A stretch of DNA of 64,000 bases from positions 12,030 through 76,029 of the forward strand of contig JBCCAR010000016.1 of the NCBI GenBank assembly GCA_039814715.1, in the 5' to 3' direction. The stretch's first letter is position 1. Each line of letters begins with the position of its first letter. The position numbers and the translations under genes were made by a program. Positions 9,245-18,959 of this stretch are shown piece after piece. The stretch is from Pseudomonadota bacterium (GTDB lineage: Bacteria > Pseudomonadota > Alphaproteobacteria > Sphingomonadales > CAKZYD01). Under the pieces are notes generated by a model. It was not told the DNA's origin, made no database searches, and saw only the letters and a list, made by a program, of their open reading frames with translations.

Positions 9245-9694
9245 TTATGCTGCAGGCGCTGCGGCTGCAGCCTTTTGCGCTATGTCTGTCATCGCCTGGA
9301 AGGGCAGGAGAATGGATGCATGCCGGCTCTTATACGTTTTGGCTGGCGCAAACACATGTGCGGCGCGGAAGGCGCGCGGCGGGTCTTGAACGTCGCCTTT
9401 TAAAAAAGCGGCCATATGCTCTGCTATGCTTGGAAAATCCTCGAGCGGCAGGCCGATCGCTTGCGCGCCCATAATCGAGGCTGCTGCTTGGCCCAGCGCG
9501 CATGCCCTGACGGCTTGGCCGTAGTCGCTGACGATCCCGTCTGTGATCTTGATATCCACATCCACGCGGCTGCCGCAGATGGGGCTGACTTTACGCGCGT
9601 GATAGTCCGGCGCATCAAGCCGGTCCAGGCGCGGCACGTCCGCTGCTAGGCGCAGAATGTCAGTCGTGTATAAGGCGTCAGTCATACCGGTCAA
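9245..9694 (-). CDS. NifU/IscU-like iron-sulfur cluster scaffold family protein
   Basis: 149 aa. 'SPICGSRVDVDI' and 'VRACALGQAAASIM' are Cys motifs resembling SufU/IscU-like scaffolds. Confidence 0.55.
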   Translation of the reverse strand: MTGMTDALYTTDILRLAADVPRLDRLDAPDYHARKVSPICGSRVDVDIKITDGIVSDYGQAVRACALGQAAASIMGAQAIGLPLEDFPSIAEHMAAFLKGDVQDPPRAFRAAHVFAPAKTYKSRHASILLPFQAMTDIAQKAAAAAPAA

Positions 9695-9741
9695 ATGGGG
9701 ACTTAAGAGGCGTTTGTCACCCCTTTATACGGGGCTATGCT

Positions 9742-10641
9742 TCAAAGCGCGCCGCCGGCTTCTGTCAACCCTGCAGCAACGGGGTCTCCAACGCGGCGCG
9801 TTAGGGCATTCTTTAGCTTCGTGAGGGCCTGCGCTTCAATCTGGCGCACACGTTCCTTGGAAATACCAAGTCGTTCGCCAAGCGCAGATAGCGTCACGCT
9901 TTCGTCCGTGAGCTGGCGTTCGGAAATGATGATGACCTCGCGCTCAGTCAAAGCGCCCATCGCTTCTTTGATAAGACTGGAACGCACTTCTGAATCGCGC
10001 TGGTAGCTAACAACTTCTTCTGGCAAGGGCGCTTCGCATGGCAGAAAATCTTGCCACTGGGTGTCGCCTTCTTCGCCGACCATCATGTTAAGCGAGCGAT
10101 CTGATGAGGACAGGCGCGCTTCCATTACTTCCACATCGCGCAAGCGAACACCGAGATGGTCGGCGACATCCTGGCGTGAGCCTAAGCTCATGGGCTTGTC
10201 GTATTCGCCAGCGATTTTAGCGCGCACGCGGCGCAGATTAAAAAACAGGGTCTTATGAGCAGCTGTGGTGCCGGTGCGGACGATGGACCAATTGCGCAAA
10301 ATATAGTCCTGCATGGCCGAGCGGATCCACCAAGTCGCATAAGTCGAAAAACGAATTTCGCGTTCGGGCTCAAAGCGGGCAGCGGCTTCCATTAACCCAA
10401 CCGTACCTTCTTGAATGAGGTCTGACATCGGGAGGCCGTAATTGCGAAACCGGCCTGCTACGGAAATCACGAGGCGCAGATAGGAGTGGGTCAGCTCTGC
10501 AAGGGCGTCCGCATCTTGGTCATCGCGCCAGCGGCGGGCTAGGGATAGCTCATGCTCTTTCTCTAGCATGGGCGCTTTCATGGCAAAGCGCATCAACGAA
10601 CGGCTGGAATCTTGTCCCGACAGTGTTTTGACCTGTGCCAT
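9742..10641 (-). CDS. rpoH: RNA polymerase sigma-32 (heat shock sigma factor)
   Basis: 299 aa. Sigma-70 regions 2-4 are present, the RpoH-box-like 'HKTLFFNLRRVRAKI' is present, and a GAGGGGA RBS lies upstream of the ATG. Confidence 0.85.
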   Translation of the reverse strand: MAQVKTLSGQDSSRSLMRFAMKAPMLEKEHELSLARRWRDDQDADALAELTHSYLRLVISVAGRFRNYGLPMSDLIQEGTVGLMEAAARFEPEREIRFSTYATWWIRSAMQDYILRNWSIVRTGTTAAHKTLFFNLRRVRAKIAGEYDKPMSLGSRQDVADHLGVRLRDVEVMEARLSSSDRSLNMMVGEEGDTQWQDFLPCEAPLPEEVVSYQRDSEVRSSLIKEAMGALTEREVIIISERQLTDESVTLSALGERLGISKERVRQIEAQALTKLKNALTRRVGDPVAAGLTEAGGAL

Positions 10642-10883
10642 AGAAATCCCCTCAACCGTTAAAATGCGTTCAAGCTAGGTATTCGGAGCGAACCAAAAAG
10701 GCGGCGGCGCCAAAGCGCTCAACACTGTTCTGTCACACTCAAATCCCGGAAGCTGAGACCCTCAGCTAACGATCTTCTTACGCCTTACGGCCTAGGACGG
10801 ATCATAAAAAAAGCAATAAAAGCAGAGCCTTGCAGGATTTCATTGTGAGCAGTTTAGCACATAAAGACTAGTCCACTGAAAGG

Positions 10884-10926
10884 ACAAAAAAATAACCCAC
10901 TAGCACAAAGAGCCTAGTGGGTTATT
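10884..10926 (-). terminator. Rho-independent terminator downstream of cdnL
   Basis: Perfect 13-bp stem (aataacccactag / ctagtgggttatt) with a 10-nt loop. On the minus strand it is followed by a T-run (the plus-strand A-run at 10886-10892). Confidence 0.7.
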
Positions 10927-10947
10927 TAGAATTATCTTAACTCAAAG

Positions 10948-11448
10948 TTAAGCGGCGAGGACCTCTGTGAGTCGGTCCATCGCGGATTGTTCATCAATCT
11001 CTTCAACCGCTGCAAGCTCGCGCGCAAGGCGGTCTAAAGCAGCTTCGTAAATCTGGCGTTCTGAGTAGCTTTGCTCAGGTTGATCTTCTTTGCGGTGAAG
11101 ATCGCGCACCACTTCAGCGATGGAAACGATATCACCAGAGTTGATCTTCGCTTCATATTCTTGCGCGCGCCGGCTCCACATTGTGCGTTTCACGCGGGCA
11201 CGACCTTTAAGCGTTGTGAAGGCTTTTTCCACGCGCGTTGCGCTCGACAGTTTGCGCATGCCGGAGCTTTGCGCCTTATTGACGGGGACCCGCAGCGTCA
11301 TACGCTCTTTTTCAAAGCGGATGACATAGAGTTCTAGGTCAAAGCCTGAAATATCTTGGCGTTCGATTTCGGTAATTTGGCCGACCCCATGCTTTGGGTA
11401 GACGACATAATCGTTTACGCTAAAGTCTAATTCCGCCTTTTTCGCCAT
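10948..11448 (-). CDS. cdnL: CarD/CdnL family transcriptional regulator
   Basis: Starting at ATG 11448 gives MAKKAELDFSVNDYVVYPKHGVGQITEIE..., a typical CarD_TRCF N-terminal domain. The longer ORF to 11577 adds a non-conserved extension. Confidence 0.85.
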   Translation of the reverse strand: MAKKAELDFSVNDYVVYPKHGVGQITEIERQDISGFDLELYVIRFEKERMTLRVPVNKAQSSGMRKLSSATRVEKAFTTLKGRARVKRTMWSRRAQEYEAKINSGDIVSIAEVVRDLHRKEDQPEQSYSERQIYEAALDRLARELAAVEEIDEQSAMDRLTEVLAA

Positions 11449-11786
11449 GTGCTTATCTCTCACATTGTTATCGTTCAGACGGTGAAAAAGACAGCGCGGG
11501 AGCTCGCTCGCTCCTACGATAGCCATACATAAATGTCTGCCAAAATGCCCGCTCCTGACAAGAGCGGCTGAGCCCAAATGCGCACGCAGTTCAGTTATAT
11601 GTGTTTCACCGTTGTGTCATATACATAACAGAATTTGCGAAAAAAGCCAGCTTGTTTGCCGCAAGCCGCTCTATTGCCTAGAAAATTCAGGTTTTGCGCA
11701 CTGCAGCAGAGCGGTGTGCTCATTGAACAGTGTTTGACACGATTTATACCAGCCGCATCACCAATTCAGGCGAATCACCTGATATG

Positions 11787-12125
11787 TTAATCGCCTTTGC
11801 CAGGTGCTTCTGAGAAGAATTTTTTGAACTTATCGGCAACGCCATCAAATTCTTCCGCATCCTTTGGCGGCGTCCCTTTGAGCGTGATGTTGGGCCAAAC
11901 CTCAGAATATTTGGTGTTCATCTCAAGCCATTGGCCAGCGGTTTCTTCCGTGTCAGGCAAGATCGCTTCGGCAGGGCATTCCGGTTCGCAGACACCGCAG
12001 TCAATGCACTCGCTGGGGCTAATCACCAGCATATTGTCGCCTTCATAAAAGCAATCAACCGGGCAGACTTCTACGCAGTCCATATATTTGCATTTGATGC
12101 AGGCTTCGGTCACCACATAGGTCAC
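11787..12125 (-). CDS. fdxA: 7Fe ferredoxin
   Basis: 112 aa. '[17 protein letters not shown]' and '[12 protein letters not shown]' are cluster motifs. Confidence 0.9.
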   Translation of the reverse strand: MTYVVTEACIKCKYMDCVEVCPVDCFYEGDNMLVISPSECIDCGVCEPECPAEAILPDTEETAGQWLEMNTKYSEVWPNITLKGTPPKDAEEFDGVADKFKKFFSEAPGKGD

Positions 12126-12230
12126 GGGGGCTGTCCTTTCTTTCTGGCCTCCGCCGCTGCAGTTTCATCTCTGCGCGGAAGTTCAGCGGTCTTATGCCGC
12201 GTGACTTCAAAAGGCTCAAGCGGTTTTCTC

Positions 12231-12692
12231 TTATGTGTCGTTCAGCCCAAGTGTGGCCATGGCGCGCTTGCGCGCTTTGCCGCTGTCGCGGTCGTCCACA
12301 TAGAGGAGGCCGCTGAGACGGCGCATCAGGTTAGCTTCAAAATCTTCTAGCACGCCGTCCGCGTACGCCACTTCCCACAGCATCTCCATCAGCTCAATGC
12401 GCTCTGCTGGCTCGAAGCGGTTTTTAGCGTCGCGGGTGAAATTACTCATTTCGATTGCTTCGCTTTGGCGGCGCTGCGCTTGGCTGCAAATCGCTGTCAC
12501 ATCGCCTTCGTTTAGGTCAAAGCGCGTGATGAGCAAATGGGAGATTCGCTCCAGCTCACTGGGGGCTAGTGTACCGTCGCTGGCCGCGGCTTCAAAAAAC
12601 AAGGTCGCTGCTGCCAGCGCTTTAGCATGGGCTTCATCAGCAGGGACATCTTGCGCGGTATCGTCAAACACAGATTTTAAGAACTTAAGCAT
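12231..12692 (-). CDS. TerB-family (tellurite-resistance/DjlA N-terminal-like) protein
   Basis: 153 aa, acidic and helical. The repeats 'AASDGTLAPSELERI' and 'VAYADGVLEDFEANLMRR' are typical of the TerB fold. Confidence 0.55.
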   Translation of the reverse strand: MLKFLKSVFDDTAQDVPADEAHAKALAAATLFFEAAASDGTLAPSELERISHLLITRFDLNEGDVTAICSQAQRRQSEAIEMSNFTRDAKNRFEPAERIELMEMLWEVAYADGVLEDFEANLMRRLSGLLYVDDRDSGKARKRAMATLGLNDT

Positions 12693-12745
12693 GGCGCTGA
12701 TGTGGGGCGTGGCTGGCGAACGTCAATTGCATCGTCATCTTTTTT

Positions 12746-13024
12746 TCAGCTTTCATCGAGAATCAAATACAAAGTCTGCGCTTCTGCCGCTGGCCCGCGG
12801 CGCGCGCCTAAGGCCAATAGTTGTGCGACTTTCACATGGCGGCCAATGGTCACCGTTAAGACGTCCCCCACGCGGACGCTGGCGCTCGCGCGGCTTAATT
12901 TCCGCCCATTCACGCGAACGCGCCCAGCGCTCACCGCTTGGGCGGCGATACTCCGGCTCTTAAAAAAGCGCGCATACCATAACCATTTATCGGCCCGCAG
13001 ATATGGCTCTTGGCCGGGGGTCAT
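12746..13024 (-). CDS. S4-domain RNA-binding protein (Hsp15/HslR-like)
   Basis: 92 aa. The 'LRADKWLWYARFFKSRSIAAQAV..GRVRVNG' S4 motif is present. Its start overlaps the helicase stop by 4 nt. Confidence 0.75.
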   Translation of the reverse strand: MTPGQEPYLRADKWLWYARFFKSRSIAAQAVSAGRVRVNGRKLSRASASVRVGDVLTVTIGRHVKVAQLLALGARRGPAAEAQTLYLILDES

Positions 13025-16000
13025 TTCTGCTTGAGTTTTTCCTTAAGCCCGGCAAGCGCCGCAAAGGGGCTGTCTGGATTAATCTCTTTGCCGCGCCCAC
13101 CTTTAGGTTGCCTGGAGAACGATTTTGGGCCTTGGCCCCCTTTGTTGCGCGGCCCTTTGCCTTTATGGCTGCCTTGTTTCACATCGTCGCCAGACTGCTG
13201 ACGCCGGTTCTTGTGGTGTTGTGGCCGCTTTTTGGCGCGCATATCCCACTGGTAGACGGCAATCATCGTGGGCTCAGCATCCTCAGCTTTGTCTGGGATT
13301 TCTTGAGGCGTTTCTGCGGTTGCTTCTGGCGGGTGCTCTTGTGCGTCGGCAACGGCCTCTAAAGGTGCCGGTTCAGTGCTAGGCGCAGGCGCGCTTTCTG
13401 GTTTTTGGTCAGGCTCGTTTGCCAGTGTGTCAGCAGCGACGCTTTGTGCTGCTGGTGCCTCATCGCTGGGCGCTTGCACTGGCTGCGTCTCGGTCTGCGG
13501 CGCTGCCTTGGCCGCTTCTGCCGCTGCTTTTTCAGCAACGTGTGCGTCCCAGGCAGTCTTTTCCATGGCCTCGCTGCGATAGCCCAGTGCGCGCATAACG
13601 CCTTCAAAGTCTGTACCGGAAGCCCCAACATAGCCCATCAAATCCGGCGATACGGTAAAGCGCGCGCTGTTCAAGCCTAAGGGGCGCACTGCATCTGCTA
13701 AGCGCTCAAACATATCAATGCGCACGGCGTGGGCGCCGATGGGGCGAAAGCCAGCGACGCGGTAAAACGCGGTATCAATATCGCGCTCCATGGTGATCCA
13801 GACCAAGCCAGGCGTTGGCCGTGCGACCACGGGGACGGTCTTATCTTGGCCGAGCGCCCACAGCATGAGGCGCAGGTCTGTTGCGGCCGGCTTAAGCAGC
13901 AGCGGGATGAAGACATGTGTTGACCCGAAACGGATTTTAAATTGGCGCAGCCCCCGGCGGGCCACTTGGTCTAGCGCGCGCACTTCCTTATCGACTGCGC
14001 TGCGCGGCATTACGCCCAGATTTTCAACGAGCTGATAGGCCACTGCCCGGGCTTGCCCGCCCATGGCAACGTCCGCACTGTTCTTGGAGGCCGCCTTCAG
14101 CACGTCTCGCAGCTGTACGAGTGGCTGCAGAAGCTCCTCGATTTGCGCCGTGAGATATGTGTTCAGCCGCTCTAAAACGATATCGGCTGCTTGCCCATCA
14201 AGCATCGCACCATTGAGCAGCTTCGCATGCGCGCTCAGCGCTTCGTCAGAGCCTTGAACACTGGCAACGCTGGCGCCGCGCCATTTGATTTGCGGGCTTG
14301 AGAAACCGCGGGAGAAATCCAGCGAGAACTCTCCATCCTTTGCCGCTTTGAGTTCTAGGGCGCGGCGGTCTAACTCCTGGCGCAGCGCTTTATCAGCAGC
14401 AGCGCGCAGCATTTTTTGTTCATCGCGCGGCGCGGCGGCATCCACAGAGAAGTTGAAGCCCTTTAAGGTCCCAATCTGATGGCCTTCCACGACGATCTCG
14501 TCCTGGCCTGGCGCAGCGTTTTCAATATCGACCATCAGGTCACCTTTTTCCTTCAATTGCCGCAGCAAAATACTCGTGCGCTTGTCAACAAAGCGTTGCG
14601 TTAACCGCTCATGTAGCTGATCCGATAGCCTATCTTCAATGGCGCGTGTCATTTCTGACCAGAACAGAGCATTTTCCAACCAGTTTGGACGGTTGGCGAT
14701 GAAGGTCCAAATGCGGATGGCAGAGATGCGCTGGGCCAAGGTATCAATGTCGCCTTGGATATTGTCCAAGCGGTCAATCTGGGCATGTAGCCAGCGGTCC
14801 GGCAGGCGCATATCATTCTTGAGAAGGTGGGTGAAAATCTGCCCCAAAAGCCGCGCATGGACATTGCCTGCCAGTTTGCGAAAGTCCGGCACTTGGCAGA
14901 CATCCCATAACAGCTTCACGCGCTCTGGACTGTCGGCCAAGGCGGCAATGGCGGTGTCTGATGAGAGGGCTTTGAGCATCGCGACATCGCTGGCGAAGCG
15001 GGCGCGCAAAAACACCTCTTTTTCCGGCGGCATTTCCAGGCTGCCGATCAGCGCTTCAAGCGAGCGAAAGTCTGGGTTTGGCGCCCGCCAAAATATCTTT
15101 TTGATGGCCGGGAATTGGTGGCCCTCGACCGCTTCAATCTCGCCTTCAGAAAACCGCGCGCTGCGCTCTTCCATGCGCAGCAGCGAGGTAAAGGCCCCGT
15201 CAGACATATGCCTACCTGCGCGCCCAGCAATTTGGGCGATTTCAGCGTTCGTTAAATCCCGCATTTTGCGGCCATCGAACTTGCGGCGGCTGGCGAACAC
15301 CACGGTATCAATATCCATGTTCAGGCCCATGCCAATGGCATCTGTTGCGACCAGAAAATCCACATCGCCATTTTGGTATAGCTCGACTTGCGCGTTGCGC
15401 GTCCTTGGTGAAAGCGCCCCCATAACAATCGCGCAGCCACCGCGCTGGCGTCGCAGCAATTCGGCATGAGCATAGACATCTTCTATCGAAAACGCGACCA
15501 AAGCCGTTCGCCGGGGCATGCGGCTCAGCTTCTTCGGCGAGACATAGCGCAGTTGGGAAAAGCGTTCTCGGCTGACAATCTCCGCCTTTGGGATGAGCGC
15601 AGAGACCAGCGGCTTCATGGTCCCCGCGCCCATGAGCATCGTCTCTTCCGTGCCGCGCATATGCAGCATCCGGTCGGTAAACACATGGCCGCGCTCGGGG
15701 TCAGCGGCCATCTGAATTTCATCAATCCCGACAAAGGCAAAGTCGCGCCCGCCTAGATTTTTGCCAAGCCCCGCGCTGCGCGGCATGGATTCCGCTGTGC
15801 AAAGAAAATAATCGGCAAAGGGGGGAATAATCTTCTCCTCCCCCGTCATCAGCGCCACGCGCTCAGGCCCTTTCATGGCCACAACCCGGTCATACACCTC
15901 CCGCGCCAGCAATCTCAGCGGAAAGCCCATCACGCCAGACGCATGGCCCAGCATGCGCTCAACCGCTAAATGCGTTTTGCCGGTGTTGGTGGGCCCAAGC

Positions 16001-16044
16001 ACAGCCGTAACCTGGCCGCGGCGGGCCTGCGTGGATATCTGCAT
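13021..16044 (-). CDS. Superfamily-2 ATP-dependent helicase (Suv3-like) with long disordered C-terminal tail
   Basis: 1007 aa. Motifs: P-loop 'GPTNTGKTH', DExx 'GIDEIQ', 'ATDAIGMGLN' and 'QIAGRAGR'. The last ~170 aa are a Pro/Ala/Glu-rich linker followed by a Lys/Arg/Gly-rich tail. Confidence 0.8.
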   Translation of the reverse strand: MQISTQARRGQVTAVLGPTNTGKTHLAVERMLGHASGVMGFPLRLLAREVYDRVVAMKGPERVALMTGEEKIIPPFADYFLCTAESMPRSAGLGKNLGGRDFAFVGIDEIQMAADPERGHVFTDRMLHMRGTEETMLMGAGTMKPLVSALIPKAEIVSRERFSQLRYVSPKKLSRMPRRTALVAFSIEDVYAHAELLRRQRGGCAIVMGALSPRTRNAQVELYQNGDVDFLVATDAIGMGLNMDIDTVVFASRRKFDGRKMRDLTNAEIAQIAGRAGRHMSDGAFTSLLRMEERSARFSEGEIEAVEGHQFPAIKKIFWRAPNPDFRSLEALIGSLEMPPEKEVFLRARFASDVAMLKALSSDTAIAALADSPERVKLLWDVCQVPDFRKLAGNVHARLLGQIFTHLLKNDMRLPDRWLHAQIDRLDNIQGDIDTLAQRISAIRIWTFIANRPNWLENALFWSEMTRAIEDRLSDQLHERLTQRFVDKRTSILLRQLKEKGDLMVDIENAAPGQDEIVVEGHQIGTLKGFNFSVDAAAPRDEQKMLRAAADKALRQELDRRALELKAAKDGEFSLDFSRGFSSPQIKWRGASVASVQGSDEALSAHAKLLNGAMLDGQAADIVLERLNTYLTAQIEELLQPLVQLRDVLKAASKNSADVAMGGQARAVAYQLVENLGVMPRSAVDKEVRALDQVARRGLRQFKIRFGSTHVFIPLLLKPAATDLRLMLWALGQDKTVPVVARPTPGLVWITMERDIDTAFYRVAGFRPIGAHAVRIDMFERLADAVRPLGLNSARFTVSPDLMGYVGASGTDFEGVMRALGYRSEAMEKTAWDAHVAEKAAAEAAKAAPQTETQPVQAPSDEAPAAQSVAADTLANEPDQKPESAPAPSTEPAPLEAVADAQEHPPEATAETPQEIPDKAEDAEPTMIAVYQWDMRAKKRPQHHKNRRQQSGDDVKQGSHKGKGPRNKGGQGPKSFSRQPKGGRGKEINPDSPFAALAGLKEKLKQK

Positions 16045-16132
16045 GGTTGCGCGTTCATATACCTGAATCAGGAACTACGACTGCTATCAGTATTTGCGCC
16101 GAGAGGAAATGCTCTCATGTTCAGTTCAAACT

Positions 16133-17356
16133 TTACGCTTTCATGCCGGTGACATAGCGGCGGTAAAGGGCGGCGAGGGACTGGGTTGAGCGCTCTTCTT
16201 TCATCAGCTGCATATTTCTGCGCCATGCGTTGACTTGGTCTTCGTCTTGCCGCAACGCGAAGTCGCGAACAGCGTCTATCAGCGCATCAAGAGTGTTTGC
16301 CATGAAGCCGATTGGCTGACCGCGCTCAGCCTGCGACTGCATGATCCTGTTTTCAAAGCAGAAGAGGGGCTTTTCATAGGCAACGGCGTCAAGGATCGTG
16401 CCGCTGGAATACTCACCATATGCCGCGCTCAGGGGCTGGACGATACAGTCGACGCTTGCCAGAGCTGCAGCGAATTGTGCTTGCGGAATTTTTGCCGCAG
16501 TGGGTTTGGTCGCTAAGGATGAAAGGTCAAAATCATGGACAGCGTCTAGCAGATGTCCAATGACGTGGAATTCTATGTCAGGCGATGACAAAGCTTCGGC
16601 CATAGCGAGGAATTCCAAAAACCCTTTTTCCGGTCGCGCCTGGCCGACAAAACCGACTTTTACGGGTTTGCTTTTCGGCGCCAATACGATGTCTTCACTG
16701 GCTTTGGCAATCGGGTGCGGAAGGAAAAAGCTGTTGGGTTTTAGGTCTGAGAAATAGGCATCGAAGGAAGATTTGATGTACTCTTCTAGGAGAACGAAGG
16801 AAACCGTATCGCGTTTGCTAAACCGGACTTCATTCCTGAACGAAAAAGCCTTCCAAAGGGGGTTCCGGCGGGTATCTTGTTTGGCTGTTTTCAGTTGATG
16901 AAACACAACATGGTGAACGAGCGTCTCGCGCGGTATTGCGGCCAGCCGCGTCGCTCCGACGATCAAGGGCGGGGGCGCGATCATGACAATTAGGTCTGCG
17001 CGGGTCTTCTTGGCTGCGCGCGAGATAAAGTTCCGTGCGGTCCAAGCCCCTTTAAGGAGGCCAAAAAAGTGCTGCAGGTTGCTGTTATAAAGTGGCCGTG
17101 TGCGCTCTCCTTCATATAGGGCAGGCCTTTCCAGAAACCGCAGGTCCGGTATGTCGCTTGCTTCCGATCTGAGAGCGTCATTATGAGGTGGATGCGCGCA
17201 CACGGTAATTTGCGCGCCCGGAAACGCGCCATGCAATGCCTCTAGATAACTTGCATTAAAGGCAGCGTGCATGGGGCCGCGGCTCGGGAAATCGACGAAC
17301 AAGATATTTGAGATCTGTCGCTCGGAAGGGCCGGCCCTTGTTTCGCGGTTTTGCAA
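16133..17356 (-). CDS. Putative GT-B fold glycosyltransferase (GT1/GT4-like)
   Basis: 407 aa. The C-terminal half, 'VGFVGQARPEKGFLEFL...', with a later 'SSGTILDAVAYEKP', resembles the GT4 donor-binding domain. The N-terminus is not recognisable. Confidence 0.4.
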   Translation of the reverse strand: MQNRETRAGPSERQISNILFVDFPSRGPMHAAFNASYLEALHGAFPGAQITVCAHPPHNDALRSEASDIPDLRFLERPALYEGERTRPLYNSNLQHFFGLLKGAWTARNFISRAAKKTRADLIVMIAPPPLIVGATRLAAIPRETLVHHVVFHQLKTAKQDTRRNPLWKAFSFRNEVRFSKRDTVSFVLLEEYIKSSFDAYFSDLKPNSFFLPHPIAKASEDIVLAPKSKPVKVGFVGQARPEKGFLEFLAMAEALSSPDIEFHVIGHLLDAVHDFDLSSLATKPTAAKIPQAQFAAALASVDCIVQPLSAAYGEYSSGTILDAVAYEKPLFCFENRIMQSQAERGQPIGFMANTLDALIDAVRDFALRQDEDQVNAWRRNMQLMKEERSTQSLAALYRRYVTGMKA

Positions 17357-17514
17357 GTGTCACTCCGGCCTGGCAGATCGTAGCGTGCAATAGCCCTTTG
17401 CCATCGCCTCTCTGTATTACAGACTTACTGTGATGGATGTTCGTTAACAATGAACGATATTTATGGACCAAGATTGTCTCATCGCCGGGCTACGGGGTGT
17501 ATCCTTGCTCTTTT

Positions 17515-18852
17515 CTAATTCACTGCGAATTTCGTTGCTTGCAGAGTCGTCCCACCATCATGGTCATCTGCTTTGACGACGCCGGTGATGGTTGCGCCTT
17601 TGCATTTGCTGGCGATGGTGCATTTGAACATGGCGACTTTGCGCTCTGCTTTTGGCAGTTTCGATGCATCAAAAGACATGAACTGACCGCCGCCTTCCAT
17701 GGTGCAATAATTTTGGACGCAGTAAGCATCAGCCTGAACGGTGACGGTCTTACCGATCATCGATGGACCATCGAGGATTAAGTCCATAAAGCTGTCTGAG
17801 GCGTCACTCGGCGCCATGCCGAGCGCGGCCATGGTGCCGCCGGTGATGGCTTGGCCAAGGCCCATTTGTTCTGCCTGTTTTTGCAAAGCGGCCATGTCCA
17901 TGGCCCCAGGCATCTGCCCGGTCGCATTGCCAAGCGCGAAGGCGGCATTGGGCGGGGCTGGCATATTGGCGGGCATGCCATTGGGCAGCATAGCAAAGGG
18001 GTCAGGCTTTGGCTTGGCTGATTCTGCTTTGGGGCTATCGGGGCCCCAGCCGACCAACCACAGGCGCCCGTCCACAGCTTCCTTCCAGTTAAAGCCTAAG
18101 TGTAACAGCAGGTTGGCAATGCCGACGGTTTCGCGGTTCATACCGCCGCCAAAGGCGCCGCCGATTTTGGGCGCTGTTGGGCTATCTTCAATGGCGCGCT
18201 TGGGCGGCAAGGGGCCAACGGTGCGCTTAGCGCCGCTATTGTCCCAGGTCGAATGGGGGAAGTTGCCCCATAGATTGATGTCCACCAGAGACGCGCCTTC
18301 AAACTGATAAATTTCCGCATTGCAGACGCTGAAGGGCTCTATGTCTTGGCGGCTATTTGCGTCTGTCCAGATAACGGCGGAATACATCCAGCAGCCATCG
18401 GTCGCAAATTGCTGGCTCACATCATAAGAGCGCATGCGCGTTGCTTTGTCGTTTGAATAATAGCTTTTAAAGCTGTCTTCTGTGGCGCGGGAGTACGTGT
18501 TGCCTGTCTCCCATTCCAAAACAGTGATGGCCACGCGCGGGAAGGTATTGGCCTTTTCATAAGGCTTGCCTGCAAAGAAATTCAAAAGCGGTGTTTGGCG
18601 AATGGTGGAGTTATACGTCCCATTCCATTCGCCTTTGTTTCGAACGACGGCTCCAATCGAATCAAAGCTATTGTCAATGCTGCGCTTTTGCATGTTCTGC
18701 AGGTCTTGGCGAATATTGCCAAGGCGGCGCGTTGAATCATTGTCGCGCAGCTCTTGGTCGGTCACGCGTTTATCAATGGCCTGGGCAAGGCTTTGCCCCG
18801 CTGGCAGCGTTGCGGCGATGAATGTGGCAGTCAAAAGTGAAAAACGAAGCAT
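17515..18852 (-). CDS. Secreted hypothetical protein
   Basis: 445 aa. It has a clear signal peptide (MLRFSLLTATFIAATLPAGQSLAQA), a Pro/Ala/Met-rich linker and a Cys-containing C-terminal module. I recognised no family motif. Confidence 0.6.
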   Translation of the reverse strand: MLRFSLLTATFIAATLPAGQSLAQAIDKRVTDQELRDNDSTRRLGNIRQDLQNMQKRSIDNSFDSIGAVVRNKGEWNGTYNSTIRQTPLLNFFAGKPYEKANTFPRVAITVLEWETGNTYSRATEDSFKSYYSNDKATRMRSYDVSQQFATDGCWMYSAVIWTDANSRQDIEPFSVCNAEIYQFEGASLVDINLWGNFPHSTWDNSGAKRTVGPLPPKRAIEDSPTAPKIGGAFGGGMNRETVGIANLLLHLGFNWKEAVDGRLWLVGWGPDSPKAESAKPKPDPFAMLPNGMPANMPAPPNAAFALGNATGQMPGAMDMAALQKQAEQMGLGQAITGGTMAALGMAPSDASDSFMDLILDGPSMIGKTVTVQADAYCVQNYCTMEGGGQFMSFDASKLPKAERKVAMFKCTIASKCKGATITGVVKADDHDGGTTLQATKFAVN

Positions 18853-18959
18853 TAAAATGTCCCCTGCAAATCATGTATGCCAACCGGCAGGATTGGTCTT
18901 TATAGAGTGTTTCGTTAGCACATAATGAGCAAGTCGTTCAGCGAAAATTTATATGGTAA

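Noticed and set aside
10642-10674. CTTGAA (minus strand, 10669-10674) near rpoH, considered as a sigma-32 -35 element
   Set aside because: It lies under 30 nt from the rpoH ATG, and the intervening GAGGGGA is the RBS. It is too close to be a promoter for this gene.
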